Source: Octopus vulgaris
Taxonomy: Eukaryota
DNA: 64,000 bases
Assembly (NCBI GenBank): GCA_951406725.2
Contig: OX597817.1
Location: 99,324,001 to 99,388,000, forward strand
Direction of reading: 5' to 3'
Below are positions 30,947 through 47,040 of the stretch, in pieces; position 1 is the first letter of the stretch; each line of letters starts with the position of its first letter. A model generated the notes under the pieces. The model was given only the letters and a program-made list of their open reading frames with translations. It was not told where the DNA came from and searched no databases. Position numbers and translations under genes: made by a program.

Positions 30947-31154
30947 AACGGGAAGCTTTATGAAAAAAGACAAAAGACGAAGGCAGGTGGGAAACAAACA
31001 AACAATTGTATTAGTATGGCGCTCAGGAAATATAAATAAAACAAGTCTTTAACGTTTCGAGCCTACGCTCTTCAACAGAAAGATACACAGAGAGAAAAAA
31101 AAACACAGAAAGAAGGAGAGAAAAAAAATGCGTGCAGTAACTAACGAATCAACA
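30947..31154 (-). mobile_element. Solo 3' pLTR fragment of the 54124-58718 PLE family (HHR-like motif at 31046-31083)
   Basis: Nearly identical to the reverse complement of 58511-58718. Confidence 0.85.
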
Positions 31155-31169
31155 TATATATATATATGT

Positions 31170-31628
31170 ACAAAGTAGTAAATAAATGGCACAACCAAGT
31201 ACCGATATTTACTGGAAATAGCGAACGTAAAATACGACGCTAATGTATAGCTTCACCGCGTATGTATTAGTAAAAATGCGTGTGTGCAACAAACTAGAGA
31301 AAAACGTCTTACCTCCATGGAGAACATCTGAAAGATGAAATACCCGGAAAAGGATAATGTGGGACCTGCAGGTTTCAGATTTTACAAGATATGACTGCCA
31401 CCCATATCTTATTCTATCTTCATCAGCCAAGCATATACCATGACGAAATCTACGATGTTACCAAATTAATACTATTACACTCGACTGAAACGCGGAACGC
31501 TTACAGTACGAAAAACGGTGAAGAAGCTTCAATAAATTAGTAATGCAATACAAAGTATCGCCTTCCAGTAAAGAATAGCCCGTGTGGGAAAAATACACAA
31601 AGTAGTGAATAAATGGCACAACTAAGTA
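31170..31628 (-). mobile_element. Non-coding retrozyme-like monomer (427-bp period, ~32-bp terminal direct repeat)
   Basis: acaaagtagt(a/g)aataaatggcacaac at 31170 and 31597; internal canonical HHR; TA flanks; no credible ORF. Confidence 0.7.
31360..31429 (-). ncRNA. Type I hammerhead ribozyme, canonical core
   Basis: Reverse complement: UGG-CUGAUGA-AGAU..AUAAGAUAUG/CAUAUCUUGU..AUCU-GAAA-CCUGCAGG-UC-CCA. Confidence 0.85.
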
Positions 31629-31715
<87 letters not shown>

Positions 31716-31719
31716 ATAT

Positions 31720-33041
31720 TGTTACGAAACGGAATCCCCCGTCGTCGCCCGTCCCGAACGGCTCACACAAGTTCCGCCACGGAACCCAAAGAGGCGGAGA
31801 GAGGAGATACAGATCGATACTGCCACAACCTCAACAGCACAGAGATACAGAGGCACAACCCGAGATTCAACCCAAAGAGAGGCAAGGCAACAGAGACACT
31901 GGCTTATATTCAAACAACAGTTTATACGACAATCAATTGCTACACATCAAATACATTTACGGCAGACATTTAAAGGAAGACATGCACGTGACTACTTAAT
32001 ACATCATACAACAGATCAAAGCATTTAACAACATGCATGTAACAATATAACAGTGTTCAGTAACGACACAACAAGTCCAGATCAAATAATGTTCACGATA
32101 CGTCACAGTCCAATCAGAACACTTCGATACATTATACAATGTTCGTATCACAACAATTCACGTTACAATTCAACAAGTCCTTTACTCAATTCACAATGTT
32201 CTTTATCGACTACATCGACAGAGTCCTTCTGACTGTTCCCTTCACTGTTCAATACACAAATCACATACCTCATTCCTAACTGAATCTGCCAGTGTCCCAT
32301 TCTGCACTCATCTCTCAATACTGCCAAATCCTCTGAATACTCTGCTAATTCCCCTCTGTGCATATTCCAATCGCTTGCCCCTAGGCCTCCTCGCATCCCA
32401 GCTCGCTCCCAGGAATTCCAACGCTTGCTCCTTAAATCCAAGGTTCCATCCACTCGCTCTGACCTCCAGAGTCCGTCTCTCTTCTTCGACGACCAGCCAC
32501 GAACTGCCCAGATCCGTCCTTCTTGACGACCAACTGCGAACTCCAAGATCCGTCTGTGTTCCTCGACGACCGCTCAACGACTGCCAAGACCTCACTTCGT
32601 CTCTGTGCTTCTTCCACTCCCTCATCTCCCTCTGTCTATATCGCTCCTACCCTTTCTAACTGCTCTCTGATTCCTTACTCTATCTATATCGCCTCAATCC
32701 CTTAGCCTCTCTATCTGTCCCTTACTGCTTATCCTTTCTATTTGCCCTCTGCTCTTACTCTATCGCTATCGCCTGCCAGACTCTTAGCCTCTCCATCCGT
32801 CCCTTACTGCTTATACTCTATCTCTATTTGCTCTCAGCCCTTAATCTGTCCCTTTTCTTTCACATTCTCCTGACCCTCTTCTCAGCCGCACGAGGTCACA
32901 GGTCATTCCAAAACCCATTAGTCCTCCATTAGACAAAAGACTGTCACATTTTCACCAGACATACTGGAACCATATCCACGATGTGGGTCACCAGAAACAC
33001 TACACTAATTAAACCCGAAATGCACTTAGCCAACCGTAACA
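31720..33041. mobile_element. Probable solo LTR (Gypsy-type), 1322 bp
   Basis: Termini TGTTACG...CGTAACA (TG..CA with a 7-bp inverted repeat), ATAT on both sides, no coding motif. Confidence 0.65.
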
Positions 33042-33046
33042 ATATA

Positions 33047-33124
<78 letters not shown>

Positions 33125-33130
<6 letters not shown>

Positions 33131-36100
33131 TAAAAGGAATTCCAACCTTGTCTGATTTTCACGTTTTATTTACAATCTTATAATGATATATTATAAGATA
33201 ATATATTATAATAGAATAAAATAAAATAGTAGAATGTTAAATGTTCATTCTGATTGAACTAGTACTTTCATGCATTAAATTCCGCAATCTTCGGGTTCAT
33301 GTAGTAGTGGTGACAGTCATGCTTCACAATTTTTGACTGTAGCAAGATGATTGATTCTGTGCTATAAATACAGCTGGGTAGACTCCAGAATGCTAGGTTT
33401 TGCAAACGGTATTCTGACCAATCAGTGTGTGGTATCACTCAATTACTTAAGCTGATTGGTTGGTTGAGCTGATTGGTTTAGGCGTCACGCTTTGTTGGAC
33501 ATGTCAAGAGTCCTGTATCTTGACCCTGGCCGAAGCAGCAATTGTTGGGTTATTTTTAGAAATGTTGTAAATAGCCTTTGTCAGAGATTTTTATATTTTT
33601 ATATTTCAGTTATCATCATCATCATTGTCAGCACCTTAGTTATTGTTGCTAGTGGTGATGGTGGTGGCAATAGAACTTTTAACCCTAAATAAGATAATTT
33701 TCCTGCTATCTTCATCTTGATCACCTTTAGTATTGTTGTTGTTGTTAGTGGTCATGGTCGTAGCAGTAGAAGTAGTATCTCTAAGTATTATTATTATTAT
33801 TGCTTATTTAGCTTGGGTTCGAATTTTTCAATAAAATTTTTTCTCTGATTTTCCTCTCGATTTCACTTGGGCTGTATAATTTGTAGAACGGAAATATATT
33901 CATTTTCCGGCCACATGTTGCTAGGTGGTTACTCAAAGGTATCTGACGGACCTCTGGGTCTCTAATCTGTTGCCGGTGTACACGTGAGCGTTCTGATAGT
34001 GCGTTTCCCGTCTGACCTACATATATTTCTTCCCAATTTGGGCATTTGATGCAGTAAATTAAATTTCTGCTTTTGCAGTTCATATTCGCGTTTGTGAATA
34101 TTTTCCCGGTTTTTGTGTTTATATATTGGCCGGTATGTATGAATTGGCATGTGCCACATCGGCTATCATTGCATTTAGATACAGTGAATGTTTGGTCTTT
34201 GTTGCTAAGGTCAAATTTTGCCTTTGTTAGTAATTTTTTCAAGTTTTTAGGCTGTCTTTTACTAAGCACCATAGCTCGATCCGTGATTATGTCTTTTAAT
34301 TCATTACTTTGGGCAATGATTGGTAGGTTTGCTTTGGCAATGTTGAAGATATTCTGGTGACATGGGTTGTGTGTCACTATGAATGGTATGACTTGTTCTT
34401 GTTTTCCTCTTCCTTGGGTTGTCCTAAGTTGTTGTATGGGTATTTTTATAGCCCGCTGTATGCCATTTTTTATAAGTAGAGATGGGTATTTTTGTTTGAG
34501 CAAAAATTCTCTTAGTTCTATTAGACGTTTGTTCCTGATATTTGCATCTTCTACAATGGTACAAATTCTTCTGGCTAGGCAGTATGGGATGTTACGTTTT
34601 GTATGTGGTGGATGACACGACTTAAAATTTAGGTATTGATGTGTGTCTGTGTGTTTATAGTATATATCTGTGGTGATGGTGGTGTCTTTTTTAATTACCA
34701 TTATATCTAGGAATGGTAATTTGGTACTACTCATCTCCTTTGTAAATTGGAGAGATGGGTGTAGGTTGTTCAGGAGGATATTGAACTCTTCCAGAGTATT
34801 TAGAGATTCTGTCCAGATTATGAAGCAGTCGTCAAGGTATCTCTTCCATGCCTTTTCAATATACTTTCTAAATCCAGTGCCATAGTTTACCTCCACCTCT
34901 TGGTAGAGTTGTTGCTCTAAGTAGCCCATTACAGAGTTGGTGTAAACGGGAGCAAACCTCGTTCCCATCGCCGTGCCTCTAATTTGGATGTAATTCTTTC
35001 CATTGAAGAAGAATGTGTTGTTTTCTAGAATAAGTTTGACTGTGTCTAATATAAATGGCACTGTGAATCTGCTGGGAATCACTTCTCTATGTTTTTCTAA
35101 CCAGTATTTAATCGCCTTTATTCCTAAATCGTGTGGAATATTGGTGTAGAGGCTTACCACATCAAAACTTATTAAAACTGAATTTGTTTCTGTTGTTTTG
35201 GGAAGATGGGACAGGAAGTCGATGTCATCCCTGATGAAACTGGGTATGTAAGTACATAGTGGTTTCAAAACAATGTCAATAAAATTGCTTAGACGGTGGG
35301 TAGGGCATGCTGGACAAGCTATAATAGGTCTAAGTTTTAGGTCTTTTGGATGTAGTAATTTTATGTACTCACTTTCTTGTTCTTTTACTGCCTGTTGAAT
35401 ATCTTTTGATTTGTGTATTTTTGGTAAGCCGTAGAAGTTGCTGGGTTTTGGTTCGAAATTGGTGATGTAGTCTCTTTCATTATCCGTAAGTGAGTTGTAG
35501 TGTGTTGAGATCAGGTTGTTGATCCCTTTCATGATGTGGTGGTCTATATTTGCGGGTATTTCACAATAGAAGGTTGTATCCTTCAGTTGGTCCTCAACCA
35601 AATCCTTATAGTATTCGGTATCCATAATAACGATTGCACCACCTTTATCTGCTTGTTTAATTATTATTGTTTGATCGTTTTGTATACGTTTACATGCAGA
35701 CATCTCTGATTTGCTAATGTTTGGCCTAACATTGGTATTGCGTCTAAGGGGAAATTTAGACAGGATATCAATGTATTGGTCAAGGTAGTTATTTCTTTCT
35801 TTTGGTGGGGTGAAATTTGATTTATTCCTTACTAGGATTCATCAATCTCATTACTTTTGTTAGCGAAGAATTCTACAAGTCGTAATTTTCGACAGAATTT
35901 TTGGATATCCTCCTTTAATTCTTGGTGGTGGGCTATTGGTGTAGGTGTGAATTTCAGTCCTTTTGACAGAAGTTGGATTTCATCATTGTCAAGATCTCTT
36001 TTTGATAAATTAATTATTTTAGGATCTATACGTTCAGTTGTTTGGGGTATATGTTTCCTCTTGGATTTTTTCTTTCTCCGGTGTTTGTTGTCCTGACGTA

Positions 36101-37465
36101 AAAAATGGATTTTTTTCTGTTTATGATTTATATTCCTGTTGATGTTTGCTTGATGAATTTTGCGTTTTGGTTGTGGTATTTTACTTGGTTTCGTTATGTT
36201 TTCTGTCTTGTTTTTGGTATTATGTATGCTACTTTTCACTTTCTTGTTAGCATTGTTTTTAACCACCTGGGTTTACTTCTAGATCTAGATCGGTTTTTTG
36301 TCCAGTTTCTTGTGGGTAATCTCTGTTGAGGTCTTGAAAATGATCTCCTGTTATTTCTACTGCTAATGGTCTGTTCAAAACAATATCTATTTTGTTTGTG
36401 CTTTTTGTTCATGTTGTGTGCATTAGGGTGTTTGCATACAAAAAGGAAAGAGTTCTTACCGTACTTCGTCTTCGATTCGTGGTGAAACGGGTGTTCATGT
36501 TGCCACGTGTTCTGGTGTATGTTGCGTTGGTGAGGTTGTCCACTTTTAATGCTATTTCTCGGAGTTCTGGTGTCTTTACCGTAATTTGTAGCATATTTGT
36601 CGAGAAATAATTGTTTCCGCTGCCAAAAATTTCTTGATCTGCTTTCTTCTTCTGAGATATCTCTGGTCTATAGTTCTCGCATTTATTCTGCTATATTGCC
36701 AGTCGTTAGTTTGGATATTTCATCTCTGATTTGATCATCGATAGCTTCGTATTTGGCTTTGTTTAGACAGGGTAATGGAGATGTCGGTCCTGAATTTTAT
36801 CAGACTAAGGTCCCATCGAAGTTTTGTTTCTTCCTCTGGTTCTCCTGCAATTTCTTTAATGCAATTTCTTTAATACTGCAATTTCTTTAATACTTCCGAG
36901 GAAGTATGGGTGCCGCTAAAGATATCTATTTCGAATGTATTTCGGCAAATTTTTCGCATTTATATACCTTCCAGAAGTTTTGTTTTCTTATGTTAAGGAG
37001 TTTTTTTCCATGTCTTCTGTATCTCTTTTCTTTTTCGGTGTGCCTCTTTTTCCAGATTTCTTTCGTTTATTTTTGACATGCAAGGAGGTTGTGGTAGGCT
37101 TTCTCTTGTAGATTTTATAATTGTTGGTATCATTTCAGCTAAATTCTTAATTTCAGAGTTTATATGTTCATCTTAAAGTTTTCCGTCTGTAGACTGTTTT
37201 TCTATTTCCTTTAAAATAGAGGATTGTGTGTCAATCATCGTGATGAGTGTTGATAATTTCGATGAAATTTCCATTAGAATTCTTTCTGATTCTGTTAATT
37301 TTGTTTGTTGCTTTCCAGACATGTTGGCATATACACAATAGGAATATAGATATATAAAAATATGGGTGTGTGTGATTGTGTATAGAAAAATATATTAATA
37401 AAAGGAATTCCAACCTTGTCTGATTTTCACGTTTTATTTACAATCTTATAATGATATATTATAAT
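33125..37465 (-). mobile_element. Near full-length Neptune-like Penelope element (family C) with a partial 5' pLTR
   Basis: ORF 33808-35703: ADKGG, FYGLPKIHK, LRPII, FDVVSLYTNI, GTAMG, RYLDD, CNDSRCGTC, LIY...YVGQT. Upstream ORF 35832-36266 (LLSKGLKFTPTP). 37395-37465 is a direct repeat of 33125-33195. Confidence 0.92.
33256..33298 (-). ncRNA. Minimal type I HHR, core CCGAAGA (U4C)
   Basis: GAAC-CCGAAGA-UUGC...GCAU-GAAA-GUAC-UA-GUUC. Confidence 0.65.
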
Positions 37466-37529
37466 GATATATTTTTAATTACCATTATATCTAGGAATGG
37501 TAATTTGGTACTACTCATCTCCTTTGTAA

Positions 37530-38828
37530 ACAAATCATACCATTCATAGTGACACACAACCCATGTCACCAGAATATCTTCAACATTGCCAAAGCAAACC
37601 TACCAATCATTGCCCAAAGTAATGAATTAAAAGACATAATCACGGATCGAGCTATGGTGCTTAGTAAAAGACAGCCTAAAAACTTGAAAAAATTACTAAC
37701 AAAGGCAAAATTTGACCTTAGCAACAAAGACCAAACATTCACTGTATCTAAATGCAATGATAGCCGATGTGGCACATGCCAATTCATACATACCGGCCAA
37801 TATATAAACACAAAAACCGGGAAAATATTCACAAACGCGAATATGAACTGCAAAAGAAGAAATTTTATTTACTGCATCAAATGCCCAAATTGGGAAGAAA
37901 TATATGTAGGTCAGACGGGAAACGCACTATCAGAACGCTCACGTGTACACCGGCAACAGATTAGAGACCCAGAGGTCCGTCAGATACCTTTGAGTAACCA
38001 CCTAGCAACATGTGGCCGGAAAATGAATATAATATTTCCGTTCTACAAATTACACAGCCCAAGTGAAATCGAGAGGAAAATCAGAGAAAAAAATTTTATT
38101 GATAAATTCGAACCCAAGCTAAATAAGCAATAATAATAACAATACTTAAAGATACTACTTCTACTGCTACGACCATGACCACTAACAACAACAATACTAA
38201 AGGTGATCAAGATGAAGATAGCAGGAAAATTATCTTATTTAGGGTTAAAAGTTCTATTGCCACCACCATCACCACTAGCAACAATAACTAAGGTGCTGAC
38301 AATGATGATGATGATAACTGAAATATAAAAATATAAAAATCTCTGACAAAGGCTATTTACAACATTTCTAAAAATAACCCAACAATTGCTGCTTCGGCCA
38401 GGGTCAAGATACAGGACTCTTGACATGTCCAACAAAGCGTGACGCCTAAACCAATCAGCTCAACCAACCAATCAGCTTAAGTAATTGAGTGATACCACAG
38501 ACTGATTGGTCAGAATACCGTTTGCAAAACCTAGCACTCTGGAGTCTACCCAGCTGTATTTATAGCACAGAATCAATCATCTTGCTACAGTCAAAAATTG
38601 TGAAGCATGACTGTCACCACTACTACATGAACCCGAAGATTGCAGAATTTAATGCATGAAAGTACTAGTTTAATCAGAATGAACATTTAACATTCTACTA
38701 TTTTATTTTATTCTATTATAATATATTATCTTATAATATATCATTATAAGATTGTAAATAAAACGTGAAAATCAGACAAGGTTGGAATTCCTTTTATTAA
38801 TATATTCTTCTATACACAATCACACACA

Positions 38829-38830
<2 letters not shown>
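37530..38830 (+). mobile_element. Inverted partial copy (GIY-YIG + 3' pLTR + tail) of the family C PLE; HHR copy at 38629-38671
   Basis: ORF 37549-38133 is almost identical to the C-terminus of 33808-35703. The sequence is the reverse complement of ~33125-34395. Confidence 0.92.
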
Positions 38831-38907
<77 letters not shown>

Positions 38908-39402
38908 TGGCTGAAACTTTACTCAACATACATTGAAGGACAAATCTGTGTGTGTGTAGATGTGTGTATTGCCTGTTATATACATCATATTATATTATTA
39001 TCTTTATAATTCACTTCCATCTTTACCTTTTAATTGTCACTTTAATTTTAACTTTCCTATGATATACAATTTTCAAGATGGTATAATTTGGTTGTTCATT
39101 TTGAACCGATAAAAAGGTTTTTTCAAATATTTTATGTATAAGTCTGTGTGTGTGTATATGTGTTGGTATAAATATCAACACACAAAAATATTTTTTCTTC
39201 TCCACTTCCTCCCTTATTTTTATTTTTATTTTTTTATTTTTTTTACTTTTTTTTATTTATTCTTTATATTTTTTATTTTTTATTTTTTTATTTTTTATTT
39301 TTATATTTCTATATTTTTTTTTATTTTTATTATTATTATTTTTATTTTCCCTTTTCTCTTTTGGTCTCTCTCCCCTTCTCCAAACACACAGACACACACA
39401 CA

Positions 39403-39435
<33 letters not shown>

Positions 39436-39889
39436 GCACGCACACAAAAACACACACGGACACACAGAGACACACACACACACACACACACCTCCACAGA
39501 ATGATCATAGAAAGTGTGACCCCAAATGACATTTGCCAGGCCAACCTACGCACAACACACTCAGTGACATCGAAATGGACGGCCAAAGTTCTTATAAAAC
39601 CACAGGAGGTCCAGCAGACCAACAGAAATAACACTTCTTCACTCTCAGATATAAAAACGCACACACACACACACACACACACACGCACGCACACATATAC
39701 ACACACACACACACACATACACATACACACACTTTTTCTCTGTCTCACTTCCTCCTTACCCACTACTACGAAACTATAAAATGTTCAAACTCCCCACAAC
39801 TGATTTGATTTGAAAAGCCCACTAGAATGGGAGCAAGCGCTAATCCGAATGATATGATATGATATATATGTAAAAAATGTAATATATAA

Positions 39890-41452
<1,563 letters not shown>

Positions 41453-41462
<10 letters not shown>

Positions 41463-44051
41463 GTGGAATGGCCTGGGGGGCAGATACTCCCAGGGATGAC
41501 ACACCATCAGCAGGCACAGGCAGAGTCCCTGCTCCATCTCACAAATGCCTCTTTCATGGAGCAAATAGTTCTGCAACCAACAAGGCAGATAATATACTGG
41601 ATCTCTGCTTCACAAACAATATGGATATTACCCATAATGTTAATGTGATGCTGAGAAGTATCTCGGATCACAACATAATAGAGCTGTCTATGTATGGAAC
41701 AAAAGCCCCCGTAGACACACAGCCTATACGAAGCATCCACCATCTCTCCAACTTAAACTTTCATAAAGCAAACTGGAAGTTGATTGAGAAAGAGATCCTC
41801 AAACAGGATTGGCCTAAATGTCTCTCCACACCGGACATTAACATGAAACACAAACACTTCATGTCCATAATACAAGTCATATGTGACAAATATGTCCCAG
41901 TGTGCAGGGCCAGCACACACAAAAACAAAAAACAGGATCCCTAGAGAAAGGAAGCTTCTTATGAGACGACGGACAAGGATTGCAAACCGCCTGAGCAAGC
42001 ACACCAAAAGTGGTGAGAAGTCTCGGCTCGAGAGAATGCTAATGGAAACTGAGAAAAGTCTGCATCAGTCCCATGAAAAGGAGAGAGCAGATAAAGAAGC
42101 TTGGGTAATAGAAAATATAAAATCAAACCTTAAAGCTTTCTTTAAGTTTGCCAAAGAGACAGCCACAATGCACCAGAGAATAGGATCTCTCTTCCAAAAA
42201 GATGGCTCTCTCACAGGAAATCCCACGTGGATAAGTGAAATACTGAACGAACAATTCCAAAGTGTGTTCACTACACCTCTAGGACACAGGCAAGTAAACA
42301 ACCCAGAAGAATTCTTTGCCACTTTACCTGCGGCCAAAGAGGCAAAAATTGAGTACATCAACATCGAAGATGATGATATCACACTAGCCATAGATGAGAT
42401 TGACACAAACTCAGCTGCTGGACCTGGTGGATTCCCAGCGATCCTTCTCAAATCGTGCAAACGGGCCCTTGCAAAACCGCTACAGCTTCTTTTTCAGAGC
42501 TTTCTTGCAAGTGGTAAGCTCCCAGTCAAATTGAAAGAGGGGGTAATATGCCTTATCCATAAGGGAGGTAGCAGAGCAGATGCTAAAAATTATAGGCCTA
42601 TCTCTCTGACCTCACACATCAGCAAAGTCATGGAACGAAGTAAGAAACTAATCATGTTCCTTGAAGAAAATGACTTGCTATCTGACACCCAGCATGGATT
42701 TCGACCAGGTAGAAGCTGCCTAACACAGCTCCTGCAACACTATGACTGGGTGTTGAAACAGCTACTAAATGGCTCAAATGTGGATGTAATATATCTCGAC
42801 TTTGCAAAAGCCTTTGATAATGTCGACCATGGTATGATCTGTCACAAACTGCGTGGTCTTGGCATAGGCGGAAACTTGGAGAGTGGCTGCACAACTTCCT
42901 AAAAGACAGAAAACAGGCAGTTGTGAGCAATGGAGCCACCTCCAACGAAACACAAATAGCAAGCGGTGTCCCACAGGTCACTGTCTTGGGGCCACTGATG
43001 TTCATAGTGGCCCTTTCAGACATGCCTTCAGTTGCTACGATGACCACCCTTGCTAGCTATGCAGATGACACAAAAGTCTCCCACGCAATACAAAACCCTG
43101 AAAATATTGCACATCTGCAACAGGAGTTGGACACAATATACACGTGGGCTGAGGACAACAACATGCAGTTTAATGCAGGTAAATTCCAGGCCCTGCGCTA
43201 CTGGCACACAAATGTAAACGACGTGCAGACTGGATACACTGGCCCAGGAAGAATTGCAATCCCTGAGTCAAAATCAGTGCGTGACCTGGGCATTGACATG
43301 AGCAATGATGTATCTTTCCAAGTGCATATTGCTAATCTGGTGATAAAATGCAGACGGCTAGCTGGATGGATTCTCCGGACTTTCAGAACAAGAGAGAAGG
43401 AGACACTGATTGTCCTATGGAGAACATTCGTCCTCAGGCGCTTGGACTACTGCTCCCAACTCTGGTCACCACTCAATATAAAACTAACAGCAGAACTCGA
43501 AGCAATTCAGAGAAGCTACACAAAGAAAATCGTCTCAATGCAAAATATCAGCTACTGGGAAAGACTGAAGGTATTAAACCTCTTCTCCCTAGAGTGGAGG
43601 CGGGAGAGATATGCGGTGATATACATCTGGAAAATCCTGGAGGGCCTTGTCCCAAACTTTGGCATTCAAAGTTACCCCAACCACAGAACGGGGCGCCACT
43701 GCATGTTGTCAAGGATTCCAACATCACTATCAAAATACAGGTACAGATACTGCAACAGCTTGGGTTTCAGAGGACCGCAGCTCTTTAACATCCTCTCTAA
43801 ATGCCTGAGAGACTTATATGGTGTGGATGTGGGTTTCTTTAAAACTAAACTGGATCTCTTCTTGTCGGGAGTCCCAGATGAACCTACCTCACGACAGGAG
43901 ACACAGATGCGGGCAGCAGCATCGAACTCCCTTGTTGATCAAGTGCCACGTATCAGAGGTGGATTCACAAATTAGTGTAGCTCATTCAGCGGTGGTGCCC
44001 CAGCATGGCCGCGGCCTTCGGGATAAAACATTTTAAAGGATTTAAGGATTT

Positions 44052-44052
<1 letters not shown>
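41453..44052 (+). mobile_element. 5'-truncated CR1/L2-group LINE, sister family of 15698-19302
   Basis: End of APE ([12 protein letters not shown]); RT ORFs 41883-42902 and 42923-43975 (YADD); (TTTAAGGA)n tail. Confidence 0.9.
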
Positions 44053-44135
<83 letters not shown>

Positions 44136-44137
44136 TA

Positions 44138-45385
44138 TGAGAAAGTTGGTTTGTGAAAGCATGTGGGTGAATATATAGAAAATAGTAAAGAGTGAAAAAA
44201 CTACACAAGGCTTAAATGTTAAAAAATATATATATTTGCGTCAATATGTCTGAAGAATATTAGAAAATAAAAAAAAAAATTTTTTTCTCTTATAATTACA
44301 TAATTTAAAAGAAAGACCGGTTTCGCGTGTAGCTTTTCAAATTTCTTGCGACGTTATGTTTATGTTGAATAGAGTTATCGTTATGTTTATGTTCAGGAGA
44401 GTTCTAAATAAGGGGAGGTAGTGAGTGATTTCTTCCGGTGTAAGGGAGATAATCGCTTAAAATTTTTTTCCTTTCCCTTGGTGTGAATTTCTCTGTATCA
44501 GTATGTTCGGATGGTTGAGTCTGGGCTTGTACTTTTCAACGAAGAATGTTTCCTTGTTTAGTCTAATTTGTGTTGATGATCCGAAAGCAGTGTGCATCTA
44601 CGTCTGAGTGATAGTCCCGTGGATCCCACGTAGTCTTGGTGGCAGCCCGAGCATTTTATGACATAAATTATGTTTTCAGAGGCACAAGTAAAGTTAGATT
44701 TGATCTTGAATTTCTGTCCCTCTTTAAAGACGAATTCTGATCCTTCTAGCAGGTTAGGATATGTTGCACAGTTCGATCTACCACATTTTTTTACTTTTGC
44801 ATCCGTAATTTCAGAAGACAATTTTGCCTTTGTGAGGTGCCACGGGACTATCACTCAGACGTAGATGCACACTGCATCGACAACAGATTGCATTCCCAGA
44901 ATATAGAATGATACCTTTTAGTGAGCACATTGAGAAATGAGCAAAGCAACTACTACCACAATTTTTAATCTTTCCATTTTTCCAATGTGCTTTCGGATCA
45001 TCAACACAAATTAGACTAAACAAGGAAACATTCTTCATTGAAAAGTACAAGCCCAGACTCAACCATCCGAACATACTGATACAGAGAAATTCACACCAAG
45101 GGAAAGGAAAAAAATTTTAAGCGATTATCTCCCTTACACCGGAAGAAATCACTCACTACCTCCCCTTATTTAGAACTCTCCTGAACATAAACATAACGTA
45201 AACATAACGTCGCAAGAAATTTGAAAAGCTACACGCGAAACCGGTCTTTCTTTTAAATTATGTAATTATAAGAGAAAAAATTTTTTTATTTAAATTTTCT
45301 AATATTCTTCAGACATATTGACGCAAATATATATATATTTTAACATTTAAGCCTTCTGTAGTTTTTTCACTCTTTGCTATTTTCT
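44138..45385. mobile_element. Head-to-head inverted pair of Neptune-like PLE 3' ends (family D); HHRs at 44309-44347 (-) and 45214-45252 (+)
   Basis: Minus ORF 44558-44854 is GIY-YIG (CGRSNC, IIY.IKC...YVG.T). 44170-44620 mirrors 44845-45385. HHR: AAGAAA-U-UUGAAAA-GC(UACAC)GC-GAAA-CCGG-UC-UUUCUU. Confidence 0.85.
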
Positions 45386-45395
45386 ATATATATAC

Positions 45396-45446
<51 letters not shown>

Positions 45447-45498
45447 TATATATATATATATAGTATATATACATATATATACATATATATATATATAC

Positions 45499-45563
<65 letters not shown>

Positions 45564-45641
45564 CATATATATACATATATGTATATATATATATGTATAT
45601 ATATACATATATATGCATATATGTACATATATATATGTATA

Positions 45642-45709
<68 letters not shown>

Positions 45710-45719
45710 TGTATATATA

Positions 45720-46997
45720 CGAGGGGCGTTCAATAAGTAATGCCCCTGACCCACTTCCCATAGTAGAGCAACGAAACTTGGCACAGTTATTAGTCTTTTT
45801 CTACATAGGAACCACCCAGAGTTACGCATTTCTCCCATCGTTTGATGCAGCTCTGAAGACCGTTTCTGTAGAAGACACCAGCTTGGTCTTCCAGCCACGA
45901 CGTGACTTCAGAAATCAAGGCTGCATCATCTGGGAAACGCTTTCCTTTCAAAAACAACTTCATGGCTGGAAAGAGGTGAAAATCAGAGGGTGCAGGTCAG
46001 GAGATGGGGGATGAGTTCATAGCCGCACGCCTGTGCTTCTGATCTGGCGACACGCGAGTTGTGGACCAGAGCGTTGTCCTGCAGGAGGAGGATGCCTTTG
46101 CTGATCTTACCCCGCCTCTTGATTTTGATAGCTTCTCTTAATTTCCTCAAAAGTGAAGCATAATAGGCTCCTGTAATTGTGGCACCCTTTGCCAGGAAAT
46201 CTGTCATCACTACTCCGTCCTGGTCCCAGAAGACTGTGAGCATGACCTTGCCAGCGGAGGGCTGCACCCTTGCCTTCTTTAGAGGAGGGGAGTCACGGTG
46301 CTTCCACTACATTGACTGGGCTTTGGTCTCTGGATCATAGTGATGGACCCAGGTTTCATCCTGTGTAATCAGTCTTTTGAAAAATTTTGACTCATCTTCT
46401 TGGCACATCTCCAAATTCATCCTCGAGCATTCGACTCGTTCTTGCTTCTGGAAAGATGTGAGCAGCCTGGGAATCCATCTGGCAGACACCTTTTGCATAT
46501 GCAAATGGTCATGAATGATAGTTTCCACAGACCCGGTACTAATCTTGACCTCATGGGCTATTTGGCGAATAGTTATGCGTTGATCTTCTAAAATGGCAGC
46601 CTCAACTTGACGGACAGATGCCTCATCAATGGCAGAAGAGGGCGACCAGATCTGGGAGCTGTTTCCACAGAGTTCCGTCCATGTTTGAATTCATGATGCC
46701 AGCGTTTTACAAGGTCATATGATGGAGCATTATCACAATAAGTTACTTTCATTTCATCAAAAATCTCCCGTGGTGTGCGTCCTTTCAAATACAAAAACCG
46801 GATCACTGCTCGACATTCAACAGACTCCATTTCACACTTAACTCAGTTCAAACACCTGTAAATCAGAAACCACAATTAGTTCAGAGCTGTAATTTTCTTC
46901 TTAATCTATAGAGATATAAGTAATTGCACATGCAAAATTTCAGCTAGATCAAACAACTACAAGTGGATCAGGGGCATTACTTATTGAACGCCCCTCG
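45720..46997 (-). mobile_element. Mariner (DD34D) DNA transposon, full length, pseudogenised transposase
   Basis: Perfect 30-bp TIRs cgaggggcgttcaataagtaatgcccctga with TA TSD. Fragments RAVIRFL, WIPRLL, ITQDETWVHHYDPETK, KVMLTVFWD, LLQDNA. Confidence 0.95.
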
Positions 46998-47040
<43 letters not shown>

